A stretch of DNA of 64,000 nt. It comes from Chlorokybus atmophyticus. Its lineage: Eukaryota > Plantae > Mesostigma and Chlorokybus algae. The stretch spans positions 124,001-188,000 of the forward strand of contig RHPI01002069.1 in the NCBI GenBank assembly GCA_009103225.1, written 5' to 3'. The notes below the pieces were generated by a model, which made no database searches, was not told the origin of the DNA, and worked only from the letters and a program-made list of their open reading frames with translations. The position numbers and the translations under genes are program-made. The first letter of the stretch is position 1; each line of letters begins with the position of its first letter. Below, piece after piece: positions 1 to 10,429 of the stretch.

Positions 1-3000
1 ATCATCGCCAGCATCGACAATTGGGATTTCAAGTCTCCAGGACAGCTGCGATATAATGGAGGCGCAGACAAGGACCTGCATTGCACTACCACACAAGTGT
101 GCATACCCTTGCCGATGCAGCGAGAGACTTTAATGGAACAGCCTGTGCCTGCGTTGCGTGCACGCACCTGTGCTCAAGCCCAGATGGAGGCGCCTAAATC
201 GCAGGACATGGCAGTCTCACCGCTTGCTCGGCGACCGTTCGTGTACCCTCCATTGTCCGACAACATCACAGAGCTGCAGGCTCATCAGCGAGAGGCGAAG
301 GATGCCTTCCATCTGGTCATGCACAACACTGTTGTAAAAAGAACGGAGATCCCAGGATACGACAGCAATTCGCTGAAAAACGTCCTCGCCAACTTGTGCC
401 CAACAGAAGACAAGCCTGCAGGCCGGGTGCACTATCTACCTCTATTGCCATACAACCCGGACAAACCAGACCATATGAAGCTGGCCTTGCTTGAGTTGAA
501 GCAGCGCCTTGGACTTGATGCAACCAAGCACAAGGTTTGCGTAGTGGGCGATCAGAAAACCTTCAGCCTCATGATACACTTGAAAAACACTGAACCTGGG
601 TACTGGGACTGGGTACTCCCGATGCCAGGCGACTGGCATGCCCTGTATAATCTCATTCCAGTCATCTTCAAGGTGTATTGGGATGCTGGCTTGGACTCAC
701 TATGCATTGCGGCCGGAATACCTGCCAGTACTGCACGAAACATGATTGCGGAAGGAAGCAACTGGAAGAGAATGCACGCCTACCTAGTGCAGAGTTGGGA
801 AGCAATCTATCGGTACCAGCTTCAATGCTTTCACGCGGCATGCCCCACCGTGTGGAGCGACGCTGAGCAGAGCGTCGAAGATATGCACATGCGTGACGAC
901 AGGCACTACACAGCGTTCTTGGAGTATGGACAGCGTCGTTCAGCAACTGACGCCACATGGGCCATGTGGTGGAATTACACCACACGCGATGCAGCAGCGT
1001 ACCTGGGCTTGTATTTTGCAATTCGCAGCAGCAACTGGCGACTACGTGTGGCGGCGTACAAGGCGCTGAGTCCACTGGCTTTTGCGTGGGATCGCCCCCA
1101 CTACCAGCGCCTGATTACACAACACCTGCACGACATCCTCACCTGGCCAGAAGACGTTCTCGAACACCTCCACGCTGGGGCGTTTTGCATCAGCCTGACA
1201 GGCAAGCCGTGCTGTAGTGTTGCAGGAGACGAAGCGCATGAGACTCTTATCAACAAAGATCTCAAGTCCACTCTGTGCAAACCAAATGCCGACTATGTTC
1301 AACGCAAAACCATGTACTTACCATATAGAGCGTTGGTGATCAAGAGAGTCATGCACTTGCTGAGACCGCTGTCCTCGGCACCCAACGCTGACAACACACC
1401 CCCGTTGGCGGTCGCCAGCGACAAGACAGGTTGCAATGTCAGAGCAATGCTCAGCATTTTAAAGCAGGCAGATGTGCTGGCTGATGACCATGGAGAACAG
1501 CTGGTGCACTTGGTCAACCTCCGTGAAGCAAGCCCTGCCGCAGCTGCAGATCTAGCTCGCCATTATGAAGTGGGCATGGACCAATTCCTGCTATACGCAA
1601 AGGTGACGCACTGCAAAGAGATGACAGCAACGAACGTGGGCCGACGGTTTGGCCTCAAAACCATGCTGTTGCGCAAGCAAGTCATCAGGGCAACACGGGT
1701 ACTGGAGCGCATGCGCAAGACCAAGACCTTGATACTCAATCAGCTGTGCAAAAGCCAAGCAACACAAGAGGCCTATCAGGCTCAGTACCAGGAGATCCCG
1801 CTTGCCCTCTTCAACGAAGATGGGAGCATGCGCAAGGGTGACAAAGCGTTGTTCTTAACGGAGCTTTGTGCGTCATGTGAGGGCGTCCAGCTGCTGCGAC
1901 ATCCTCCAGGAGTGGAGGTGGTAATAGCCGAAGGCATGTTCATGATCAACAAAACACCAGGCAGCGGCGTAAACAACATGCGGGACTACCTAGAGCAGAC
2001 ACTTCGCAGCTGCATTCTCCCCCGCTTGTCCAACCCCACCGTCAAGGAGCTGCATGTAATCTTCGACGATCCATCGCATGCAACGGGCATCAAGTCCAGT
2101 TTGCAACAGTACAGAGACGGTGGGTCAGCGGCACGGACTGTCCAACATCTCACCCTCAACACTGAGATTCCACGTTCATGGCGGGATCTCCTTGCCGACC
2201 GCAGCCTCAAGCGCAGCCTGTGTTCTTTGATGACCCAGTACCTCCCTGCAATGGTTGCCAAGCACCTCAGCCCGGGGCAAACCTTCCTGATAGCGGGCGG
2301 CAGCGACGACCCGCAGTGGAAGGACATTGCGAGGCTTGTATCACACACTGGTGAAGAGGTCGTCATGGGCACCACCGACCTGTATTCCTGCAACCATGCC
2401 GAGTCAGATTCGCGTGTGTGGCTGCATGCGCAGCGCTGCGCTCACGACAACGTCCTCATTTACTCACCGGACACCGACGTGTCAATTATCGGGCTTGCAG
2501 CGCTGGAGCAGTGGGGATCCACAAGCAAGCAAGTGCACATTCAAGTGGCCACCAGTGCCAACCACAGCAGCCGACCACCGTTCATCGATCTCTCCAGGTT
2601 GCTCAGTCACCTTGACAAGCTACCCCAACTGCGCTTCCTACCGTCACGCCAGCGCGCGCTGTTCATTCTTATCTTCTTTGCGGGGACTGGGTGCGACTAT
2701 ACTAGCTTCTTTGCGGGAATCTCTAAGAAGTTCTTCTGGTCTGCAGCGCTGACTCGTGAATGCGAGTTCATCACCCGTGTGGAGACTCTAGATGAGAACA
2801 CCGCGGCCACCATGCTGCTCAGGTTAGTCGGCTGCGCTTATTACAGCAAGCACAAAAACGTTTTTCCTGGACACAACAGTGGGGAGAGTCTGTTTATTGA
2901 TGCCAATGGCGGCCCTGCTGGCAAGGACGACCCAACACGGCTGTTCATATGGCTGCGCGCAATCCACGCTGGCATTTGGGACAAAACGGCGGTATGCAAG

Positions 3001-3531
3001 GATGACATACCAGCACCATCCGCACTGACTTTGCATACCCGGCGAGTGATGTGGGTCGTCCGCATGTGGTCTCAGATGTGCATGTCCACCGTGACACAGC
3101 CGCCGTTAGAGGAGTATGGCTACACCCTTGAAGAAGGCCAGTACAAAGCGACTGTCGACACCGAAGAGAACATACTCGCCACCAGAGCACGTGCTCAGCA
3201 GCTGCTGCAGGGTTGCAAGTGCAAAACAAGTCAGTGTCGAACGAGGCAATGCAAGTGCCGCAAGAACGGCAGTATGTGTGGCCCAGGCTGTAGCTGCACT
3301 GGATGTTTGAACCTACCCAATTGCCCCGCACCAACGCAAGACACACAGCAGCCTGCCAACGATCACGATGAAGAAGATGTGGATGACGACGACAGTGATT
3401 GTGACGACTACAACAACCAGGGCAGTGACAATGCACAAGAGGACCCCGACAGCGACAGCGACGATGAGGAGCTTGACTTTAGCCTGCATGCCTGGCTTGA
3501 GAGCGTGGACGAGGCTGACATACGGTGGTAG
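1..3531 (+). CDS. AcademX-like DNA transposase (Academ transposase domain + XPG/PIN-like nuclease + C-terminal Cys8/CXC finger), 5'-truncated by the window edge
   Basis: Frame 1 is open from base 1 to TAG at 3529-3531 (1176 codons, no stops). Transposase-like motifs: SIDNWDF (at the very start), VVGDQK, PGDWH, GDEAHETLINKD. XPG/PIN-like motifs: VIAEGMF, VIFDDP, HAESDSR, SPDTDV, GCDYTSFFAGISKK. C-terminal CKCKTSQCRTRQCKCRKNGSMCGPGCSCTGC followed by an acidic tail. This tripartite layout is the described AcademX architecture. Confidence 0.8.
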   Translation: MIASIDNWDFKSPGQLRYNGGADKDLHCTTTQVCIPLPMQRETLMEQPVPALRARTCAQAQMEAPKSQDMAVSPLARRPFVYPPLSDNITELQAHQREAKDAFHLVMHNTVVKRTEIPGYDSNSLKNVLANLCPTEDKPAGRVHYLPLLPYNPDKPDHMKLALLELKQRLGLDATKHKVCVVGDQKTFSLMIHLKNTEPGYWDWVLPMPGDWHALYNLIPVIFKVYWDAGLDSLCIAAGIPASTARNMIAEGSNWKRMHAYLVQSWEAIYRYQLQCFHAACPTVWSDAEQSVEDMHMRDDRHYTAFLEYGQRRSATDATWAMWWNYTTRDAAAYLGLYFAIRSSNWRLRVAAYKALSPLAFAWDRPHYQRLITQHLHDILTWPEDVLEHLHAGAFCISLTGKPCCSVAGDEAHETLINKDLKSTLCKPNADYVQRKTMYLPYRALVIKRVMHLLRPLSSAPNADNTPPLAVASDKTGCNVRAMLSILKQADVLADDHGEQLVHLVNLREASPAAAADLARHYEVGMDQFLLYAKVTHCKEMTATNVGRRFGLKTMLLRKQVIRATRVLERMRKTKTLILNQLCKSQATQEAYQAQYQEIPLALFNEDGSMRKGDKALFLTELCASCEGVQLLRHPPGVEVVIAEGMFMINKTPGSGVNNMRDYLEQTLRSCILPRLSNPTVKELHVIFDDPSHATGIKSSLQQYRDGGSAARTVQHLTLNTEIPRSWRDLLADRSLKRSLCSLMTQYLPAMVAKHLSPGQTFLIAGGSDDPQWKDIARLVSHTGEEVVMGTTDLYSCNHAESDSRVWLHAQRCAHDNVLIYSPDTDVSIIGLAALEQWGSTSKQVHIQVATSANHSSRPPFIDLSRLLSHLDKLPQLRFLPSRQRALFILIFFAGTGCDYTSFFAGISKKFFWSAALTRECEFITRVETLDENTAATMLLRLVGCAYYSKHKNVFPGHNSGESLFIDANGGPAGKDDPTRLFIWLRAIHAGIWDKTAVCKDDIPAPSALTLHTRRVMWVVRMWSQMCMSTVTQPPLEEYGYTLEEGQYKATVDTEENILATRARAQQLLQGCKCKTSQCRTRQCKCRKNGSMCGPGCSCTGCLNLPNCPAPTQDTQQPANDHDEEDVDDDDSDCDDYNNQGSDNAQEDPDSDSDDEELDFSLHAWLESVDEADIRW

Positions 3532-3640
3532 GGCTTCGCATCAGGGTTCTCCCCTCTAATTGCAGCCGCCTAGCAACTTGACAAACACCCTTGCCGCCAC
3601 TGCCAGCCTGCAACAAGGATCACGCTTAATGGTGCGTCAA

Positions 3641-3669
3641 TTTAGGGTTTGGCTCGTGATGTTAGGGTT
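3641..3669 (-). promoter_or_regulatory. Telo-box-like motifs upstream of the MTase gene
   Basis: TTTAGGGTTT at 3641-3650 (reverse complement AAACCCTAAA) and TTAGGGTT at about 3662, roughly 100 bp before ATG 3754. Confidence 0.4.
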
Positions 3670-3753
3670 ATCAATTTGGCTCAGCGGGCGGTGCTGCTGC
3701 GGCTTGATCGCACCTGGATGCTGTAAATACTGTGCCAGGATAGCAGCAAGAGA

Positions 3754-5530
3754 ATGACGCCTGCTCGTTCTAGACCCGCTTTACTCTGCCAGGTATGCAG
3801 GGCATACACAGTCAACAACGGCCAGCGGGCTCGACTCAAGCGCCATCAGACGCACTGTGGGCAGTACAAGGCGGTGTTTGGCTACACCGCCGCCTGCTGG
3901 CATCATCATGCCGCCGGGGAGTCTGTGATCCGTTGCAGAGGCCAACTCCACTGCACAGCGCCAGAGTTCTTCCACCTGCAGTGCACATGCCGTCAGTGCA
4001 ACTCATCACTTTTCGAGTGGCACGGCACACCCATGCGGTACATGCCATACACGCGGCCAGGAGACAGCGCACACGGCAAGACGATCACCCATGTGCCGGT
4101 CAGTGCGCTGGTAACCCTTATGCATACACGCCTGCACATATGGTCTGCTGCATCCATCTGCAGGTCAATAACAGCACGCCCCATGCACTGCAGTCAACGC
4201 TGCCACGCTGCGGGCGCGGCGCAACGCACCTGGCCAGTGCAGCGGATGGCGTACAAGATAGCAGCACAACAATCGAGGAGGTGAGCCTGCGCTGCCAATT
4301 GCTAGGCCTTCATTCATGGTATACACCAGCATGCGCGCTAACCACACGCAACTGGTGCTTGCAGATGGCACAGCATGCAATCGTTGCAGAGTGTCGCAAA
4401 AGATGCACAGCTCAAGGTGCTGACCTGGTGGGGAGCTCCGTGAGAGTGTTTTGGCCTGCGGACAAGAAGTGGTATGAGGGCTCCATATACCGATGGAACT
4501 CGCATAAAGGTAAGTTAGGCGACTGCTACATAAACGAGGATGTTAATGACTTAGTCGACTTTGCTTGACCTCTTGGTTGGCAGCTCGCTACAGCGTGCGC
4601 TTCCACGACGGCGATGTTCAACACCTTAAGATCGAACGACACAACATCGTGGTTTGCTTCAGACATAATGGAATTATGTCATGTATCCAAATCGGAGGTC
4701 AGAGAGTACCGGTGAGTCAAAAGGCTGCTCTCCCGCTGCCATGTATCCCAATGTGGAGTGTGTCATCACCTCTGCTCATGACCCACACCGCTCGGAGACC
4801 GGACGGCACACCACACCGACCCAAGTTATTGGACCTTTGCTGTGGGGGAGGCGGTGCCAGCATGGGGCTTTACAGGGCAGGGTTTGACATTACTGGCGTA
4901 GACAACATCATGCAGCCGGAGTACCCCTTCAACTTTATCAAAGGCGATGCACTGACTGTGGACCTGGAAGCCTACGACGTCATATGGGCAAGCCCACCAT
5001 GTCAGGCATTTGCAGGATGCATCCCAGAAGGGCAACGGCAACAGCATGGGGGCAACTGGAACCATAGCCAACTGCTGCACACATTGCGCATCCGCCTACA
5101 TCAATGCAGCAAGCCCTACATCATTGAGAACATACCAGGAGCTGCACTCCACATGACGGCCTCGCTCACTCTGTGCGGCACCATGTTTCGACTGTCGACT
5201 TTTAGACACAGGCTGTTTGAGACAAGTCCCCAGCTAGAGGTGGACCTGGTTTGCGACCACACCGAGAAGAGTCTGGGCACCTTGTCTGGACACTCCACCT
5301 ACATGCAAAGTCAGCCCCATCAGTCGCAACATGCTCAGATGTACCCTGTGTATGGGCAGGCTGTTTCACGTGGCACCATAACTGGGTGGAAGAAGGCTCT
5401 CGGCATCGAATGGATCCAAGCTGAAAGCACACTCGTGGAATGTATCCCGCCGGCCTATGCTGAGTACATAGGACGTAAAATGCTGCAGACAATGGGCTAC
5501 ACAGTTAGTGCTCCATTGTCATGGGAATAG
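3754..5530 (+). CDS. Zn-finger/PHD-like + Tudor + C5-cytosine DNA methyltransferase fusion (about 521 aa, 4 predicted exons)
   Basis: Predicted exons 3754-4110, 4164-4280, 4365-4509, 4584-5530, joined in frame by GT-AG introns. Tudor-like segment: LVGSSVRVFWPADKKWYEGSIYRWNSHK|ARYSVRFHDGDVQHL. MTase motif I LLDLCCGGGGASMG, IV ASPPCQAF, VI YIIENIPG, VIII RHRLFE, X ECIPPAYAEYIG. The Tudor-MTase join (phase-1 intron 4510-4583) is well supported; the join to the N-terminal fingers via a 53-nt intron is less certain. Confidence 0.8.
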
Positions 5531-6896
5531 CCAATATGCGACCCACATTCAGGGCACAACGTTGCAAGTTGACACAACAGGCTGCTGACACTGCACAGTG
5601 TGCGTGCACCGCATGTTCTCCAGAAACGTTCCAATGTACTGCAGGACCATGCTAAGACACAGTGCACAACCTAAATGACTTCACGAAGAAAACATCAGGA
5701 CCTACTAATCAGCAGACATGAGTACGAATGCACCTACACAACAATACATGAAAAACTACACAGTGCATACACAATCACATCATGCACGCAGCAACTACAA
5801 CATCATGCTCGCAGCAGCTACAACAAACACCAACCTCTTGCATCCAAGTATCACACAGCACGCGACACACATCACACACACACACACACACACACATGCT
5901 CACCGAAAACGGCTATGCAAAACTCCTCAACACATGTCGCAGTCGCCTTAACCACCTGGCCGATAGAGCCGACCGGGCAGCAGACAGGCGGCCCCACCCC
6001 AGACAGCCCGGCGTCAACGACCTATACCGCTACACACCACCCGCACAACTAGCCCGCACACACAGCGACGCCACCTGGCCGCCGCCGCCGCCGCCGCCAC
6101 GTCAACAGGCGAAAAATGGCGCCGGCGGGAAACCTCTACCACAAATCCTATTCCCACGCAGCTAGGCACTCTGTCAACATCGACACGCATTGGCAACTCC
6201 AGCGACGTCACATTGTGTCACCATCGACACAAGTCGACCCATCCGCCTCTGTCTGCATCGACAAACGGCGAACAATCCATGTCAGTCGTTGGCGACACTG
6301 TGCAGCCTTACACTGACATTGCTGAGTTAACGATTGCCCCATGGCAACCCCTCGGGCTCCCAGACTGACCATGACCATGCCGTCGGCATTGTGCTACGGT
6401 AGCAGGGTCCTGGCCTTGGGCATGGGTCCGTTCACTGAACGGCGTTCAGGCAAAGGTCCTCTCAAAAGCGAATGGGACCTGAGTGGAGTGACCCTGTCGC
6501 TTTTGGGGTCGCTTTCCTAGGGTAAGTGGCCCTAACGTTGGACAATTGGGTCAACTAAAGACCCTCAAAGGGCCGGCCCAATGGTAAGTAGTGCAAACGT
6601 TATGGCGGAAATGGAGCTATTTCTCTGCTGCCGCCTTCGACCAAACTTTGCCGATTTGCCCGTGTCCAACTTGAGGCAAAGTCGTTTTTTGGGCGATCTA
6701 CACTTCACCCTGTGAGAGGGTGATGTGGACGCATCCGTTAACCGATTGACTAGCCAAACAGTGCGTTGGATAGCCAATCTCGTTAGCTTTCCAACAAGCC
6801 TACCCAACGACTCAAACGGGCCAGCGACGGGCCCGTACTGGCTATTCTTAATTCTTTAGGTGTCCGAGAGATATGGTCGGATCACCCTACAGGGTA

Positions 6897-9800
6897 GGGT
6901 CAAGTCCCCTAATTTGGGAACGGCCCCTTATTTGGGGATTAGCCGTTTTTAGCTGATATCTACCGGCCTGTGGGGTATTTACCGGCCATATTATAGGTTT
7001 AGGCAGGTATGATTGATACGCGTCCAACGAGCCTTTAACATTGGCAAACGGATCAGCGGGGCGGGAGTTTTGAATTTTCAAAGTTGGTAAATTTTGTGGT
7101 TCAAACGGTGTAGTAACACCATGAAGTTTGCAACTTAATAACTCTGGCATGTGATATGGATATTGGATGATTTTTTTTTGTTGGGTTTGTATAGGCTATA
7201 GGACCTTATTTCTCAAGTTTCATGCTATTCCACGCGAAAATGCACTAGTTACAAAGTTCACACTTTTGGGGTATAACGCAACGACACAACCCAAAAGTGA
7301 AGTTGGTGACTGTTGCCTTTGTGAGTGTTAGAACTGGTTGGGGCTCCGTGTTTGTGTTTGTATTGCAGTTTGCAATGCCTCAAGCACTCACTAGTTGAGT
7401 GTTGGTGGCATTTCAGTTGTTTGCTAGCTGTAGGCTAAGGTGTGAGGGGGTGAGATAGTGTGAGTGAGGTGTGCTGATGCAGAGGAGACAAGAGCAGTCA
7501 GAGAGTTGTACACGCGTTAGCTGTGTTGCAAAGGAGTTGTATACACTGCTACAAGGTCAGCTAGCCAGCTCAAGTCCTACCCTATGGTACAAAGCAGCAC
7601 GCAAAGGGTGGGTGTGTTGCATTTGTCAGCAACTTTGTCATCACTGTGGCACAAGGCCACTCAGACCACCCTGTTGCATCATGCTGTTGATACTGCAACT
7701 CTCAGGGTAAACGTGTCAAGGCCAAGACACTTCTGGCCAAGAAGAGAAAGAGGAGCCACAACAACTACAGCGCCATGCTGGAGGACATCTAGCGTGCTGT
7801 AGCCTCCATCAACCAGGGCTGTATGCATGTTGCTGATGCTGTCAAGGACCTTGGCATCCCGGACACCACTATGCGTCGCTTCGTTGCACAACCACACACC
7901 ATCCCCGAGTACAAGTGAGTTGAGGCTGTAGGTGCTGCTGTGCTGGTTCAGCAAGTCAAGACAAGTTAGTTAGTGACATGTGTATACAGGTTTGCTGGCG
8001 CTCCCACCATCTTTAGTGATGTTGAGGAGACTGACCTAGCAGAGTTTGTCAAGGCTCGTAATGGGTGGGGTCGTGGCATGACGTGGACAGAGATTGGTAT
8101 AGAAGCAGGCAAGAGGCTAGTAGGAGATGACAGAGCCAAACTGCTAAAGGAAGGGGTACCTGGGAAGAGGTGGTTCGCTGGCTTCAAGCGGAGGAAGCGT
8201 TTGGTCACCAGGAAGGCAGAGCCCCTCGACAAGTCCAGAAGAGTCTTCCTCAACAAACCTGTCGTGTACCACTACTTCCAGCTGCTGGCTGAGACTGTGC
8301 AGCAGCTGCTGGGGGTTGGTCCGGATAGGATCATCTGCGCTGATGAAGTTGGCATCGAACCAGATACGGCCATGCAGAACCAGCGCATCATCTGCGAAAG
8401 GTAAACAAGTTAGTCATGCATTGGTTACACGCACACGCGCACACACACATGCGTTTAAACACAACATTACTAACTTACATGTTTTGCACAGCGGGGCAAA
8501 GTGGGCACAAGCTGCAACTACAGGCAGCAGGGAGCACATCACCCTTATGTGTGCAGTCACCGGAGCTGGTCTCGCTGCCCCTCCCCTTGTCATTGTCAAG
8601 GGCCAACGCCTCACAGTGGATGCCAAGGATTTTGATGTACCTGGAGCAAGATTTGCAGCACAGGAGAACGCATGGATGACAACGGAGATCTTCGAGTTGT
8701 GGATCAGGGAGTTGGTGAAGTGGTATCCCGGAGGAGTTTGTCCTTCCAACCATGCACTGTTAGTGGTGGACGGACATGTGAGCAGATACAACTGCAGCAT
8801 GATCCGCTATGCACAAGACAAGGGCCTCCACATCCTCGTGCTGCCACCCCACACAACACATCGTCTTCAAGTGCTTGATATCAGCTGCTTCCACCCCTTC
8901 AAGGAAGCCTATAGGAAGGAGTATCGCCTGCGCCTGGAGACAAGATACAACTTTGATCTTAGTAGGAAGGAGTTCATGAAGCTGCTGGTGAAGCCTTACT
9001 ACGCTGGGTTGTCCCCTGCAAACATTATCGCGGGCTTCTGGGCATGTGGACTTTGGCCCCTCAACACATATGCACTGGACAAGTACTTCACAGACAAGCA
9101 GCTGGCACCACCACCTCCTGGCCTGTCTGCTCTTTTGGAGGCGATCGACAAGGGCGATGAGGAGGATGACAACAACAACAACAACACAGAGGATTGCAGC
9201 CCCAACACTGAAGCGCCAGCTAAACGAAAGCGTGGCATTAAAACTGCACACTTGCTGACCAGCGACGAAATAGCAGCAGAGATTGAGAGACAGGACCAAG
9301 CCAAGGTTGACAAGGCAGCAGCAGTGCAAGCACGCAAGGAGGCTGCCAAGCAGAAAAAGGAAGAAGCTGTGCATGCAGCAGCAGCAAAGGCAGAGAGGGT
9401 GCAAATAAAGAAGAAACAGGCTGCCTTAAAGAAGATGTTGGCTGAGAGAAAGAAAGCTGCCAAGACTCAAGCCAAGCAGGACGCAGAGAAGGAGAGACAG
9501 CAGGAGCAAGCACAGCAAAGGCAACAAGCACAGCAAGCAGAACAACAGCAGCGAGAGAGAACTGCAAAGGAGGCAACCGAGCTGTGGATGCGCTACGAGT
9601 GGGATCCCATGCAGTGCAACCACCAATTGGGAGACCCCCTGTGGGACTACGCTGAGGGCTTCGCCGAGCGCCATCCCCGCCCAGACCCTGCCCCCCGTGC
9701 ACAGGCCAAGGAGGCGGGCCTCCGCTGGAGACAGCGGCCAAGGGAGCGACACATACACAAGAGACCACCCCGCTAGAGTCCTACACTTAGACAACTTTGT

Positions 9801-10354
9801 AGACCTAATTTGCCTTGACTCACACACCATGTACATACACATGCAGGCATGCAAGACCTTTATGCTCTGCTGTGCGCCTGATGCCACCCATACCCACACC
9901 AATGACGCCGCCGCCCGCTTGCTTGCAACCTTGCAATTGACACAAGGTTTCCCGCCAAGGCGGCGCAGCTTGGCGGGAACAAACCGCCTGCAAGCAATAG
10001 CCTGCACATCACACCCATCACAGCCTGCCCCCCAGCCTACTAGCTGGCTGCCGCCACTTCACAATGGCTGCGGCCAGCAGGTTGATGGCACTCAGGAATG
10101 GCTGACAGCGCCTATCAGCCTTTCTCGAGTCACCAAATTAGGGCACGCGCACCCTTGGGGTCAGACCCTCTGCACCCCCTACTTTGGCGCGGTGTATCTA
10201 ACACGATACCGCGCTAGAAATGTGGAAAAAATAATCATTGTGTAGCCTATAATTCAGCTATCCAGCAACTATACACGTGACCGCCATCAACCCTATCAGT
10301 CAAGCACAATATGCTTAAAACCTCAAATTATCCCCAAAATAGGGGGCTTGACTC
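6897..10354 (+). mobile_element. pogo-family (Tc1/mariner superfamily) DNA transposon with TIRs and TA target-site duplication
   Basis: Left TIR GGGTCAAGTCCCCTAATTTGGGAA (6897-6920) matches the reverse complement of 10331-10354 (GAGTCAAGCCCCCTATTTTGGGGA) at 20/24 positions. TA flanks both ends (6895-6896, 10355-10356). A DDE_1 transposase lies inside. Confidence 0.88.
7706..9776 (+). pseudogene. pogo/Fot-like DD35D transposase (HTH_psq, CENP-B-type HTH, DDE_1) with one premature stop
   Basis: Introns 7915-7989 and 8401-8491 restore the frame. Catalytic motifs ICADEVG, VVDGHVSR and LQVLDISCFHPFK, with 35 residues between the 2nd and 3rd Asp. In-frame TAG at 7790-7792 inside the first HTH (LEDI*RAVASINQG...GIPDTTMRRF). 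Start exon not determined. Confidence 0.8.
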
Positions 10355-10429
10355 TATGCATGCAGTGAGCGAGTCGCTTTCGGGGGGTCCGATGTATGGA
10401 TGAGCTCGACTGCTCAACAAAATGTATTG

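Larger units (their letters stand above)
1..6894 (+). mobile_element. Putative Academ-type element including the downstream methyltransferase cargo gene; both boundaries uncertain
   Basis: The transposase ORF and the MTase gene are co-oriented with 222 bp between them, and no host gene appears until 13.6 kb. The left terminus is outside the window, so TIRs and TSD cannot be verified. Confidence 0.45.

Noticed and set aside
7790-7792. In-frame TAG in the pogo transposase as a sign of TAR-to-Gln codon reassignment
   Set aside because: Conserved host genes end at TAG or TAA at the expected positions (aldolase ...DYKY-TAG, RGP TAA), so the standard code applies.
8760-10245. Multiple overlapping ORFs on both strands around the pogo 3' half
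   Set aside because: Antisense or low-complexity shadows of the transposase, with no independent motifs.
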